Notes under the pieces: generated by a model | The model's input: only the letters and a program-made list of their open reading frames with translations | What the model was told of the DNA's origin: nothing | Database searches by the model: none | Program-made: the position numbers and the translations under genes | Part shown: in pieces, positions 35,425 through 44,908 of the stretch | Layout of the letters: each line of letters opens with the position of its first letter | Numbering within the stretch: the stretch's first letter is position 1 | NCBI GenBank assembly: GCA_023953615.1 | Contig: JAMLJH010000002.1 | Span: forward strand, 1,040,492-1,104,491 | DNA from: Verrucomicrobiia bacterium | Lineage (GTDB): Bacteria > Verrucomicrobiota > Verrucomicrobiia > Limisphaerales > JADLHS01 | Reading direction: 5' to 3' | Length of the DNA: 64,000 nt

Positions 35425-36471
35425 ATGAAGTGGGCCATGAAAGTTAAAGTTGGTTTGGTGCTGTTGCTGGTGGGGGCGCAGGCGGTCAGTGTGCTTGCCT
35501 GGGATTATGCCGGTCATCGCGCGGTTAATCTGCTGGCGCTGGAGACCTTGCCGGCGGGGTTTCCGGCGTTTGTCAAAACACCCGAGGCGCGCGAGCGGAT
35601 CGGGTTTCTGGCGGGCGAACCGGATCGTTGGCGCAATATCAATGACGATCAGTCGTTGAATCATTGTAACGGCCCGGATCATTATCTGGACCTCGAAGAA
35701 CTGGAGTTGTTTCAGCTCACCCCCGAAACCCTGCCGATTTTTCGTTACGATTTCGCACAGAAAATCGGCGTGGAACGCGCCGCTCACCCGGATCGCTTTC
35801 CGCCGCTTGATCCGCTGAAAAACAAGGATCACACCCGCGAGTTGGTGGGTTTCGCGCCTTGGGCGATCACAGAGTATCAAGGGCGCTTGCGTTCAGCCTT
35901 CTCGTATTTGAAAGCGTTTCAGGAGTATGGCGGCACGCCGGAGGAAATCGGCAACGCGCAACAAAACATCATTTACATCATGGCGTTGCAGGGGCATTTC
36001 GTCGGTGATTGCGCGCAGCCGTTGCACGTCACCAAACACCATCACGGTTGGGTGGGCGATAACCCCGGTGGTTTCACCACCAACCGCGGCTTTCATAGCT
36101 GGATTGATGGTGGCTTTTTGAAAAAGACCGGGCCGCTGGACGTGACGTCGCTGGCGCAGAAAATCAAGGCGGCGCAGATCGTCGGTAATCCGTTCGTGGA
36201 AGGCGATACCTTTCGCGCGGTCGTGGCGTATTTGCTCGAAACGGAGAAATTTATCGTGCCGCTTTATCAGTTGGAAAAGGCAGGAAAATTAGCGCCTGAA
36301 AATCCCGCCTCGCGGGAGGGGCGCGCGTTTTTGGAAGGGCAACTGGTGCGTGGCGGACAGATGCTCCGCAACCTTTGGTATTCGGCCTGGCAACAAGCGA
36401 CCGAAGATCAGTATCTCATCCGGCAACTGCAAGAGCGCCAGGCATCCGGTAAATCCGAAGGCCAAAAATAA
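35425..36471 (+). CDS. Secreted S1/P1 nuclease or zinc phospholipase C-fold protein
   Basis: The signal peptide ends ..SVLA|WDYAGHR, giving a mature N-terminal Trp as in P1 nuclease or PLC. Also His/Asp clusters GHFVGDCAQPLHVTKHHHGW. Confidence 0.5.
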   Translation: MKWAMKVKVGLVLLLVGAQAVSVLAWDYAGHRAVNLLALETLPAGFPAFVKTPEARERIGFLAGEPDRWRNINDDQSLNHCNGPDHYLDLEELELFQLTPETLPIFRYDFAQKIGVERAAHPDRFPPLDPLKNKDHTRELVGFAPWAITEYQGRLRSAFSYLKAFQEYGGTPEEIGNAQQNIIYIMALQGHFVGDCAQPLHVTKHHHGWVGDNPGGFTTNRGFHSWIDGGFLKKTGPLDVTSLAQKIKAAQIVGNPFVEGDTFRAVVAYLLETEKFIVPLYQLEKAGKLAPENPASREGRAFLEGQLVRGGQMLRNLWYSAWQQATEDQYLIRQLQERQASGKSEGQK

Positions 36472-36671
36472 TCCGTTGGTCGGTACGGATGAAACGCCCT
36501 TCGCCTCAACGCGGCCAAGCGGACAGGAGCGCGTCAATATTTGAACTCACGGGCGCGGCTTCCGATTGTCGAGCTTTCGGAATAAGGCGGCTTGGCGACG
36601 TCGGTAAAAATTTTCACCGCTGTTTTCCGCGTTGCCATCGGGCCGGAGTCAACTAACATCACGATTACTTT

Positions 36672-37421
36672 ATGGTTTCGTCCCAAAGTTCCTCACTTCG
36701 CGCCGACGGTCGTCGTGCCGCTGAGTTGCGTCCGCTCAGCTTCAAAAATCACATTGCGCCGAACGCCACCGGTTCCACGCTGATCGAATGGGGGAACACC
36801 CGGGTCATTTGCGGGGTGACCATCGAGGAAAACGTGCCCCGTTGGATGAAGGAGCAAAATGTTACCGGCGGCTGGATCACGGCGGAGTATTCCATGCTGC
36901 CGTATTCCACGCTGCAACGGAAACCGCGCGATAGCGCCAAGGGCAAAGTGGACGGGCGCACCCAGGAGATTCAACGGCTCATCGGACGCACCATGCGGGC
37001 GACGCTGGATTTGGAAAAATTGGGTTCGCGCACGTTGTGTGTGGATTGCGATGTGTTGCAAGCGGACGGAGGAACGCGAACGGCCGCGATCACCGGGGCG
37101 TACGTGGCGCTGGTTTTTGCGGTGCGCCGGCTGCTCGCCGAAAAAAAACTGACGGAGAATCCCATCCTGAGCGCGGTGGCCGCAGTAAGCGTGGGCATTG
37201 TGGCGGGACAGGCGCTTTGCGATTTGTGCTACACTGAGGATGTGGCGGCGGCGGTGGATTTTAATCTGGTGATGAACGCCGCCGGCGAATTTATCGAACT
37301 GCAGGGAACGGGCGAAGAAGCCACCTTCACTGAAGCGCAACTGGCTGAATTGCTCGCGCTGGGCAAAGCCGGCATCCGACAGTTGCTGGCCGCGCAGGAG
37401 CAGGCTCTGTCCGGCGCTTGA
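36672..37421 (+). CDS. rph: Ribonuclease PH
   Basis: RADGRRAAELRP, GSTLIEWGNTRVICGV, DCDVLQADGGTRTAAITGA. Confidence 0.9.
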   Translation: MVSSQSSSLRADGRRAAELRPLSFKNHIAPNATGSTLIEWGNTRVICGVTIEENVPRWMKEQNVTGGWITAEYSMLPYSTLQRKPRDSAKGKVDGRTQEIQRLIGRTMRATLDLEKLGSRTLCVDCDVLQADGGTRTAAITGAYVALVFAVRRLLAEKKLTENPILSAVAAVSVGIVAGQALCDLCYTEDVAAAVDFNLVMNAAGEFIELQGTGEEATFTEAQLAELLALGKAGIRQLLAAQEQALSGA

Positions 37422-37501
37422 CCGCACTTCGCTCGCGGCTCCGACCTTCGAGGCGATCTCCGCAGCTTGAGTTTCCGGTTTTAATCCAGATCAGATTTTG
37501 A

Positions 37502-38143
37502 ATGAACACGACTTTACATTTCATCCGTCATGCGGAAGTGGAATCGGCTTACCAGGGCGTTTTCGGCGGCACGATTGATATGAATCTTTCGCCACGCGGC
37601 GAGGCGCAGGCGCGCATTTTGGCGGATTACCTGAAGAACCAGCCGCTTGACGCGATTTTTGCCAGCCCGATGAAACGGGTGCAACAGACCCTGGCGCCGT
37701 TGCGCGAGCAATCCGATCTGCAGCCGGTGATTCTGCCGGATTTGCATGAGGTGAATTTCGGCATCTGGCAGGGACTTAACTTCGCGCAGGTCAAAGAGCG
37801 TTACGGTTTTGATTCGCATCAATGGCTCGAGGCGTTGGTGGGCGGCAAGGTTGCGCAGGCGGAAAATATGGAGGCGTATCAGGCGCGTATTGAAAACTGT
37901 CTGCGGCAGATTCGGGAACAAGGGCAGGGGAAATCCGTGGGTGTCTTTTGTCACGGCGGCGTCATCCGGATGTTGATCTCGCTTTTGCTGCGCCTGCCGT
38001 ATGCGAAAATGGACTGGATGGAAATCGAGTATGCGAGCATTTCCACGGTGGTCATCAACGGCGTTCGCGCGCGCCTGCGTTTGTCCGATTTCGCTCCCTG
38101 GCGCGATTTGCCGGGACTGAATCACGCGGAACAACCGGAGTAA
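37502..38143 (+). CDS. Histidine phosphatase (phosphoglycerate mutase) family protein
   Basis: LHFIRHAE (RHG motif) and FCHGGVIR. Confidence 0.8.
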   Translation: MNTTLHFIRHAEVESAYQGVFGGTIDMNLSPRGEAQARILADYLKNQPLDAIFASPMKRVQQTLAPLREQSDLQPVILPDLHEVNFGIWQGLNFAQVKERYGFDSHQWLEALVGGKVAQAENMEAYQARIENCLRQIREQGQGKSVGVFCHGGVIRMLISLLLRLPYAKMDWMEIEYASISTVVINGVRARLRLSDFAPWRDLPGLNHAEQPE

Positions 38144-38176
38144 TTTTAATTTTGCCATGTCCTCACCTCGCCTCAC

Positions 38177-39088
38177 TTGTTTATGAGCGCGCAAATCATT
38201 TGGAAAACTTCCATCGCCACGCATCCGGAGGCGGAAGAAGCCGTGGCGGAATTACTGGCGACCGCAGTTGCCCCCGGACCATCATCTTACACCGACGTGG
38301 AATCGGGGGCGCTCACCGTTTCCGTTTATTCTCCACACGCGCCTCGAAATCGCGCCCAAACGGTCGCCACCTTAAAGGCGGGTTTGCAACAGCTTCGAAG
38401 TTGCGGACTGAATCTTGGGCCGGGACAAATTCGGATTCAAAAGTTGCCGCGAGCGAACTGGGCTGAAGCTTGGAAGCGACACTTTTCCGCCATGGAAATT
38501 GGCGCGGCTCTGCTGGTCAAGCCCGGCTGGATCAAGCGCAAACCGAAGCGCGGACAAAAGCTCGTCGTGCTGGATCCCGGTTTAAGCTTCGGCACGGGGC
38601 AGCATCCGACCACGAGCTTTTGTTTGCATGAATTGGTGTGCGCGGCGCGGCGCACTGGTTCCCGATCATTTCTCGACATGGGAACGGGATCGGGAATTTT
38701 AGCCATCGCCGCGGCAAAATTAGGATTCGCGCCGATTGCCGCTTTTGATTACGATCCGCAGTGCGTCAAAACCGCTCGCGCCAATGCGCGACGAAATCGC
38801 GTGGCCGAGCGCCTGCGCGTCACGCGCGCGGATCTGACCCGGCTGCCGCAGCGTTCCGCCCGGCGTTACGATTTGGTCTGCGCCAATCTTCTGGCGGATC
38901 TGTTGCTAAACGAACGGGATCGCATCCTGGCCCGAGTGAAACCTGACGGCGCCTTGGTCGTCGCCGGAATTCTCAAAGTGGAGTTTACCCAAGTGGAACG
39001 GGCCTACGCCGCGGCGGGATGGAAATTGGTTCGCGCTAAATCTGAGCGGGAATGGCGTTCCGGGACGTTTATGCGCCGCGCGGATTAA
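38177..39088 (+). CDS. prmA: Ribosomal protein L11 methyltransferase
   Basis: VLDPGLSFGTGQHPTT, LDMGTGSGILAIAAAKLG, VCANLLADLL. Confidence 0.85.
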   Translation: MFMSAQIIWKTSIATHPEAEEAVAELLATAVAPGPSSYTDVESGALTVSVYSPHAPRNRAQTVATLKAGLQQLRSCGLNLGPGQIRIQKLPRANWAEAWKRHFSAMEIGAALLVKPGWIKRKPKRGQKLVVLDPGLSFGTGQHPTTSFCLHELVCAARRTGSRSFLDMGTGSGILAIAAAKLGFAPIAAFDYDPQCVKTARANARRNRVAERLRVTRADLTRLPQRSARRYDLVCANLLADLLLNERDRILARVKPDGALVVAGILKVEFTQVERAYAAAGWKLVRAKSEREWRSGTFMRRAD

Positions 39089-39155
39089 ATGCGATTCGGC
39101 GCGGCGTCGGTCTTTGATGGGGCATCAACCTGGATCAACTGTGGCTGCAAATAAA

Positions 39156-40286
39156 TCAGGGCAGCAGTTTGATGGCGCGTCTCGAGGTGCGCGATTCCCA
39201 ATGAGCGAACGGGTCGCTGGGCAGCACGGTGTTGACCGGGTAAATCAGATAAACGGCGTTTTTGGAGTAAGCCCAAGCGTCAATCACATTGGCGCGCGGA
39301 AACACTTTGGGGGTCGGTTGAGTTTTGCCGGGATCGTTGATGATTGGATCGCCCGTTTCCGTGAAGCCCACCAGAACGACCAGATGCCCGCTGGGCGTCC
39401 GGCTGCGCGCGTTCAAACGGTTGGAACAAACCGAGAGGCCAACGGGAATCCCGTGCGCGATCAACGTTTCCAATTCGGTCAAATCAAGCAATCGAGTCGT
39501 GTAGGCGCGCATCCAGCGAAAGCTGCCGGCGTAAGCCGTGTTGAAAATCCAGTTGCCCGTGCCGTCCCAGACCGGATCAAAAATCCCCTGAACCACCTCC
39601 GGTACATCCACGTTCAAACCCGGACGATTCAATTGCCGGCTCCAGTACGTCAGCAGCATTGAGGTGGTGGTGGCGCTGCATAAAACTTTACCGTTGGGGT
39701 AATCCATTTGTGAGCGTTTGGGCACCTCGATGAGTTTGCCCCAGGCCGCGCGATTTGGCGGTCGCGCGGGCGGTTGATATTTTGCATCCAACACGGACAG
39801 GCTCAGAAATTTCAGCCGCGGTTTGGTTCGCGTGGTTGAGCCTAGGGTGATCTGCACTTGCACGCGATTTACCGGCCGTTCGAGGATCAGCGTGTCGGTA
39901 TCCATCGTGCCGTCGGCGTCCCGTTGCCGTTTGACACTGGCCCGTTCGTGGATTTGGGGCGCAACTGACCATTGTCCAAAAGTGAACCACTTCGTCGTGT
40001 GTTCGGGATAAATCGCCCGCGCCTTGACCTCGAGCCAGTCGGTGGGCTTCAAATCAGCATTCCATGAAATCACCAGCTCATCCCAGTTGATGCCGGTTTC
40101 GATTATCGGCGAAGTCAGCGTCGTTTCATCGCCGTCCGGTTGGGTTTCCGAGGTGAAAGCGCGAAAGGAGGTGAAGGGCAGGAATTGTTCACCATGAAAA
40201 TCCAACGGCGGCGCGGCCAAAGCGAGGCGCGGCCCGAAGCCCAATCCCATCACGCAACCGATGAGGAGTCCGCAAATTCTTTTCAT
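39156..40286 (-). CDS. Secreted peptidase C39-like (BtrH-type) domain protein
   Basis: Signal peptide MKRICGLLIGCVMGLGF. ..LCSATTTSMLLTYW.. (catalytic Cys context) and ..GHLVVLVGF...GDPIINDPG. Confidence 0.55.
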   Translation of the reverse strand: MKRICGLLIGCVMGLGFGPRLALAAPPLDFHGEQFLPFTSFRAFTSETQPDGDETTLTSPIIETGINWDELVISWNADLKPTDWLEVKARAIYPEHTTKWFTFGQWSVAPQIHERASVKRQRDADGTMDTDTLILERPVNRVQVQITLGSTTRTKPRLKFLSLSVLDAKYQPPARPPNRAAWGKLIEVPKRSQMDYPNGKVLCSATTTSMLLTYWSRQLNRPGLNVDVPEVVQGIFDPVWDGTGNWIFNTAYAGSFRWMRAYTTRLLDLTELETLIAHGIPVGLSVCSNRLNARSRTPSGHLVVLVGFTETGDPIINDPGKTQPTPKVFPRANVIDAWAYSKNAVYLIYPVNTVLPSDPFAHWESRTSRRAIKLLP

Positions 40287-40428
40287 GTTGATGCAGGATG
40301 GCGATTTTTTCGCGCTCAGGCCAGCGCGGATTCGGTCGGCGCGCGGCGGTCCGTTTGGCATCGCTTTTGCCTGCAACCACTGAAAGTAAGTTGTCGTTCG
40401 CGTTCCATCGCGTAGGCTGGAGCAACGC

Positions 40429-41145
40429 ATGAAAGTAATTCAACCGAACTGTCGCGTGCAATTTAGCGCGGAAGACGTGGACTTCGTTCGCGAGGTACTG
40501 GGGACGAAACTAAGTGACGCGGAATGTCTCGTGCGGCTGCTGGCGGATGAAGACACGCGCGATTTGATCCTCGATGACGCCGCGTTGTTGCAGGCGCTGC
40601 TGGAGCGGCGCGGGTGTCTGCGGGTTTCCACGCATTTTTATTTCTACGTTTTGGTGCGTCACGTTTTGACCCGGGCCGGAGTGAACGACCGGCGCGTCGC
40701 GGATTACGTGGCCGAGGTGCTGACCGAGTTTGCACGCGCGGAGCAATTGCGGTGTGTCGTGCCGGGACAACCCAACGCGCTGGATTACTTTTTTGAAATG
40801 CTGGCGGCGTTGCGCACCGCCGACGACCGCACCAGCTTTCAAATCCGCGTTCACCTCGGCAACCACTCGCTGTTTCTTTCCGGCGTTTTTCCCGAGCGCA
40901 TTCGCTTTCGGGCCGAGCGCAAGGGGTTTCCCGATTTGAACTATTACGAGGCGCTGGGTCGCAGTCAGTATGGCCTCGCCAGCGATCATCGCCTGGCCCG
41001 GCGTTATCAGCTATCCGGGATCTTGAGCACGCTCGCGGAGCAGTTCCAAACCACGCGCCGCGCGTTGAACGAACTTTCCGAGCGTTTGTTCGCGCTGGGA
41101 GATGGTGGGGAGAAACTGGAGCACCTGTTGATCGGCAGGGATTAA
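40429..41145 (+). CDS. Hypothetical protein
   Basis: 238-aa ORF with normal composition and no recognisable motif. Confidence 0.5.
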   Translation: MKVIQPNCRVQFSAEDVDFVREVLGTKLSDAECLVRLLADEDTRDLILDDAALLQALLERRGCLRVSTHFYFYVLVRHVLTRAGVNDRRVADYVAEVLTEFARAEQLRCVVPGQPNALDYFFEMLAALRTADDRTSFQIRVHLGNHSLFLSGVFPERIRFRAERKGFPDLNYYEALGRSQYGLASDHRLARRYQLSGILSTLAEQFQTTRRALNELSERLFALGDGGEKLEHLLIGRD

Positions 41146-41189
41146 AGCGGTGCGAGCGATCGCAGGATGACGACAGGGGATCCGGCGAA

Positions 41190-41801
41190 TCAGTCCAACA
41201 ACCCCAGCCGCTCAATTTCAGCGCGCGATTGCGCCGGGTCCGTTTGCAGAATCGTTCGCCAGCCCCGCGCCGCACCCGCCGCGATGTTCTCCGCCCGATC
41301 ATCCAGATAAAGAATTTCGTCACCGCCTTTTTCCGTGAGCGTTTCCAGTGCTTCGTAAATTTTCGCCTCGGGTTTCATCGCGCCTACTTCATAGCTGAAA
41401 ATGTAGCCGTCAAAATGGGCGAAGAAAGGAAAGTCGCGCCGGATGTGCTCAATGGCGAGATCGTTGGTGTTGGAAAAGATGTAAGTGGGCACCCCGCGTT
41501 CGCGTAGCGCTGCGTGCAGAGCGGTCATCTCACCAATTTCCGTGAAGATGTCGGCAAAGAGCACGCTGAATTCTTCCAGACTGCCGCGAAATCCGGTTTG
41601 GCGACAGACCGTCTCGTAAAACTCCTGCCGGGTGAGTTTTCCGGTTTCATAGCGAAAGAGCAGGGGAGAATGGTCGAGGTACGCCTGGATTTCGGCTGCG
41701 GATAAATTTGCCTGCGCGGCCAAGCTGCGTCCGGCGCGGGAATAATCAAAATCCACCAGAACTTTGCCGAGGTCGAAGACGACGATGGATGGAATGGTCA
41801 T
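41190..41801 (-). CDS. HAD-superfamily hydrolase
   Basis: VVFDLGKVLVDF (DxG/DxD motif I), SNTN (motif II) and LYLDDRAENI (motif IV). ATG at 41801. Confidence 0.8.
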   Translation of the reverse strand: MTIPSIVVFDLGKVLVDFDYSRAGRSLAAQANLSAAEIQAYLDHSPLLFRYETGKLTRQEFYETVCRQTGFRGSLEEFSVLFADIFTEIGEMTALHAALRERGVPTYIFSNTNDLAIEHIRRDFPFFAHFDGYIFSYEVGAMKPEAKIYEALETLTEKGGDEILYLDDRAENIAAGAARGWRTILQTDPAQSRAEIERLGLLD

Positions 41802-41841
41802 GCGACGAACAAAGGAACTGACATTGCCAGCAGGAGTTTGA

Positions 41842-43080
41842 TCACGGAAGCAGGAGCGCCCGATAAAACTTGTTGGGCGTGGTCGCTCCTTGATCAATCC
41901 AAGTTTGTGGGCTGGTGGTCAGCAATATTGTGGCTTCAGAAGTCCAATTGGAAAGTGTCGTGCAGGATTCGATGCGGTAGGTCCGGCCTACGATGCCCGT
42001 GATACTCAAGCCGGGGAGCATGCGCAGCCCCAAGTTTGCCGGAGCTACCGCCTCCACCTCCTGATCAAAAGAAATCCGTCGAATGCGATGATCTTCAAAA
42101 TCCGTAATGAAAATGGAATCTTGCACCGCACAGATTCCGTACGCGTTCTTGAATCTTGCCTCCGTCCCGGGCCCATCGGCATATCCGCTTTCGGTAAAAC
42201 TTCCTGCGAGAGTCACCACGTTGGTTGCGACACTAATCTTACGAATGCTGGTGCCGCAGGTAAGTAGCAGGTTGCCGTCGCGGTCCACGCACAAGTTGTT
42301 GACTTTTGAAAAGCTGGCCTCAAATCCCACCCCGTCAGCGTCGCAGTTGTAACAATAAATATTATTTGTGCCGGCGATGGTTTCGACATCCCGGCTTTGG
42401 TTGATGCGCCGGATCAAGCGATTATCTGCGTCCCACACATAAATGTTGTCGGCGGCGTCCACCGCCAGAGCGGTGGGACTGTTGAACGAGGAAAAAATCC
42501 AATTTCCGTCTCGCGATCCTGGGTTGCCAGAACCGGCAAACACTTCCGACTCGCCGCTGGACGGATTATACCGAAAAATACGCAATTCGCGGGTAAAATA
42601 GAGGTTGTTAGCTGAATCAACACAGACCCCGCCGACAAAATTCATACCTGTCGCCTGCGGCACCACGAACCCATTTGGGGTGATTCGCAGCAGGTCGCCT
42701 CCGGTGATCAGCCAGAGTGTATTGGAGTGATCCATAATTAGGCGACCACCATAATAACTGGAGGGTATGGAAACATTTGTTCCATAGCCCGGCGGGCTGG
42801 AGTTTCCACCGCCGACAAACGTGCTTACCGTACCACTTGGAGTAATTTTACGGATCAGCCCGTTGCCACTGTCATAAACAAACAGGTTTCCGCTGGTGTC
42901 GGCCGTGATCGCCGTCGGAGCATTGAACATGGTGAGGATCCCTTGACCGTCATAATGGCCGTAAAATCCCGAACCAGCGTGAGTTTGGACGGCAATGTTA
43001 TTGGTATCATAGGTCTGCGCTGGAGTGGTAACCGCCAGCGCGAGGCAGATCGCCAAGCTGAGCAAGTATGATGATTTCAT
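41842..43080 (-). CDS. Secreted NHL/SMP-30-like beta-propeller protein with C-terminal FYRALL module
   Basis: Signal peptide; repeated ..P.G(I/V)..D..GN(L)(Y/F)V.D..N..IR.I.. blades. Confidence 0.7.
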   Translation of the reverse strand: MKSSYLLSLAICLALAVTTPAQTYDTNNIAVQTHAGSGFYGHYDGQGILTMFNAPTAITADTSGNLFVYDSGNGLIRKITPSGTVSTFVGGGNSSPPGYGTNVSIPSSYYGGRLIMDHSNTLWLITGGDLLRITPNGFVVPQATGMNFVGGVCVDSANNLYFTRELRIFRYNPSSGESEVFAGSGNPGSRDGNWIFSSFNSPTALAVDAADNIYVWDADNRLIRRINQSRDVETIAGTNNIYCYNCDADGVGFEASFSKVNNLCVDRDGNLLLTCGTSIRKISVATNVVTLAGSFTESGYADGPGTEARFKNAYGICAVQDSIFITDFEDHRIRRISFDQEVEAVAPANLGLRMLPGLSITGIVGRTYRIESCTTLSNWTSEATILLTTSPQTWIDQGATTPNKFYRALLLP

Positions 43081-43199
43081 ATTGGGGATTCCGTTGTTTG
43101 TTTCGGAACAAATTAATCGTGTAGCTTGATTTGCCGGAAGCCTAGGCTTTCACGTATTGGGAGTCAAGAATCACCACATACGTTTGTCACCACATACGT

Positions 43200-43796
43200 T
43201 TATTGCATCTCGCGTCGGCCTTCGAGCGCCCGGCTCAACGTCAATTCATCTGCGTATTCCAAGCCGCTGCCCGCCGGCAGGCCATAGGCGATGCGCGAAA
43301 TTTTCAGCCCCGGCCGTGCCAGCCGTTTCGCCAGATAATTACTCGTCGCGTCACCTTCCACGTCCGTGCCCAGGGCGATGACGATTTCCTGAATCGGCTC
43401 GGTTTGCAAACGCTGCTCCAGTTCCGCAATGCGCAGGTCTTTTGGCTCGACTCCGTCCAGCGGCGAAATTTTTCCACCCAACACATGGTATTGGCCGCGA
43501 AATGCGCTGGCTTTTTCGATGCGCAGCAAATCCACCGCGCGCTCGACCACACAGACCAGCGTGTGATCGCGGCGCGGATCGGAGCAGATCGCGCAGGGCG
43601 ATTTTTCGGTGAGTGCCCCGCACCGCTCACAAAACCGCGTGCGTTCCCGTGCCTGGACCACGACTGCGGCAAGATTCTGGGCGACGTCCAGCTCGGCTTG
43701 GACCAGATGCAAGGCGATGCGCTCCGCTGAGCGCGGCCCGATTCCGGGCAGCCGACTGAGCGCGGCAACCAACGCGGTGATGGAATCCGGGAGCAT
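43200..43796 (-). CDS. recR: Recombination protein RecR
   Basis: LPGIGPRSAERIA (HhH), a C4 zinc finger CERCGALTEKSPCAICSD, and a Toprim domain. Confidence 0.92.
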   Translation of the reverse strand: MLPDSITALVAALSRLPGIGPRSAERIALHLVQAELDVAQNLAAVVVQARERTRFCERCGALTEKSPCAICSDPRRDHTLVCVVERAVDLLRIEKASAFRGQYHVLGGKISPLDGVEPKDLRIAELEQRLQTEPIQEIVIALGTDVEGDATSNYLAKRLARPGLKISRIAYGLPAGSGLEYADELTLSRALEGRREMQ

Positions 43797-43807
43797 GGCG
43801 CTGCGTC

Positions 43808-43902
43808 GTTACATTATTAAAACGTTAAAACGTTGCAACGCGGGGATTTGGTGTCGCGCGTTTCATCACGATGTAACCTTTTTAACGTTTTAACGCTGTA
43901 AC
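43808..43902. repeat. Symmetric AT-rich repeat array: three octads (ttaaaacg ttaaaacg ttgcaacg) mirrored as an inverted repeat around a GC-rich centre
   Basis: Left arm 43808-43842 and right arm 43869-43902. The 13-nt core taaaacgttaaaa is identical in both arms. Confidence 0.6.
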
Positions 43903-43912
43903 ATTCCACCGT

Positions 43913-44224
43913 TCACCCAAATCCCGGCAGATTAAACCCAGCCGTGGCCTTGCCCATTTCGGCGTTGGAAATTTCCTTGGCCTGGGCGAGTGCCTGATTC
44001 ACGGCGGTCAACACCATGTCTTCCACCACCGACGCGTCGGACGGATTGAGCGCCTGCGGATCAATCTTGATGGCCGCGAGGCTGCCGTCGCACTTGGCGG
44101 TGACTTTGACCGCGCCGCCGCCGCTGGTGGCTTCCACCGTGCGCTGGGCGAGGTCGGCTTGAATCTGTTCCATTTGCTGCTGCATTCGCGCAGCCTGTTT
44201 CATGAGTTTTCCAATGCTCGACAT
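43913..44224 (-). CDS. ybaB: YbaB/EbfC-family nucleoid-associated protein
   Basis: 103 aa. ..LMKQAARMQQQMEQIQADLA...VEATSGGGAVKVT..G......I....L.....DMVL.AVN.A. Confidence 0.9.
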   Translation of the reverse strand: MSSIGKLMKQAARMQQQMEQIQADLAQRTVEATSGGGAVKVTAKCDGSLAAIKIDPQALNPSDASVVEDMVLTAVNQALAQAKEISNAEMGKATAGFNLPGFG

Positions 44225-44250
44225 AATTTGAGATTAAACGTGTAAACGAA
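44187..44250. repeat. Direct repeat copy 1 (covers the ybaB start codon region and upstream leader)
   Basis: Matches 44822-44883. The first 38 nt differ at 3 positions, and the remainder is looser. Confidence 0.7.
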
Positions 44251-44274
44251 TGAGTAAATATCGCAATCGGTTTT

Positions 44275-44539
44275 TTAGTGACGCCGCTCAATCAGTCGGT
44301 CGTACTCGCTGTGGTGGCCGATCCAAAACCACACAATATTCTCGCCTTCGGCTACGGCTAAAGCGCGATAATGAATCCCCACGCGAATGGACCTGATTGG
44401 CCCTACCTTCTTGAAGTGCAGCGAGGGGGTGCTGAGGATCGTGTTTAAGGAGCGCGTAATTCTTGTCGGTCAGTTCCCGAATTTCCTTGGGCAGTCTTTG
44501 GTAGGACTCCCGGAATTTTGGTGTGGCGCGATGAATCAC
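44275..44539 (-). pseudogene. RelE/ParE-family type II toxin, disrupted by a +1 frameshift in a C5 run (G5 on the + strand, 44425-44429)
   Basis: Frame A gives MIHRATPKFRESYQRLPKEIRELTDKNYALLKHDPQHP. Frame B continues SLHFKKVGPIRSIRVGIHYRALAVAEGENIVWFWIGHHSEYDRLI, and joined they match the family pattern. Confidence 0.7.
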
Positions 44540-44736
44540 AATGGAGTGGTGCGGCCCTCATGGAGTTCGCGCAAAGCTTCCTGCGCGAGCGCCTCCATGC
44601 GACCAGCAGCCACATCTTCCGCCAACTGCTGATCCCAAGCGGTGGCGTCGAAACCGAGAAACCAATCGCGGAACGCCGTCAGATCACTGCGGGAAAGCTT
44701 CCGAATCGCATGCTCAATTTCTGAAACAGTACTCAC
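44536..44736 (-). CDS. Putative antitoxin (addiction-module component)
   Basis: 66 aa and acidic, with a 4-nt overlap to the toxin start. N-terminus ..SEIEHAIRKLSRSDLTAFRDWF.. is typical of small antitoxins paired with RelE/ParE toxins. Confidence 0.6.
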   Translation of the reverse strand: MSTVSEIEHAIRKLSRSDLTAFRDWFLGFDATAWDQQLAEDVAAGRMEALAQEALRELHEGRTTPL

Positions 44737-44821
44737 GCTGAAAGCATACGACCGGTCTTTTCCAGGGCAAGAACGGTTTCATGTCGGTGAAATCTGAAAA
44801 ACCAACTTTGCGAATAGCCTG

Positions 44822-44883
44822 CGCGCAGCCTGCTTCATGGGTTTTCCAATGCTCGACACAAATTTACATTACGGTTAAACGAA
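44822..44883. repeat. Direct repeat copy 2 (degenerate duplicate of the ybaB 5' end)
   Basis: The reverse strand reads GTG TCG AGC ATT GGA AAA CCC ATG AAG CAG GCT GCG (VSSIGKPMKQAA), against the ybaB N-terminus MSSIGKLMKQAA. Confidence 0.7.
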
Positions 44884-44908
44884 GTTGTCTTTGCCTTATG
44901 TGGTTTGC

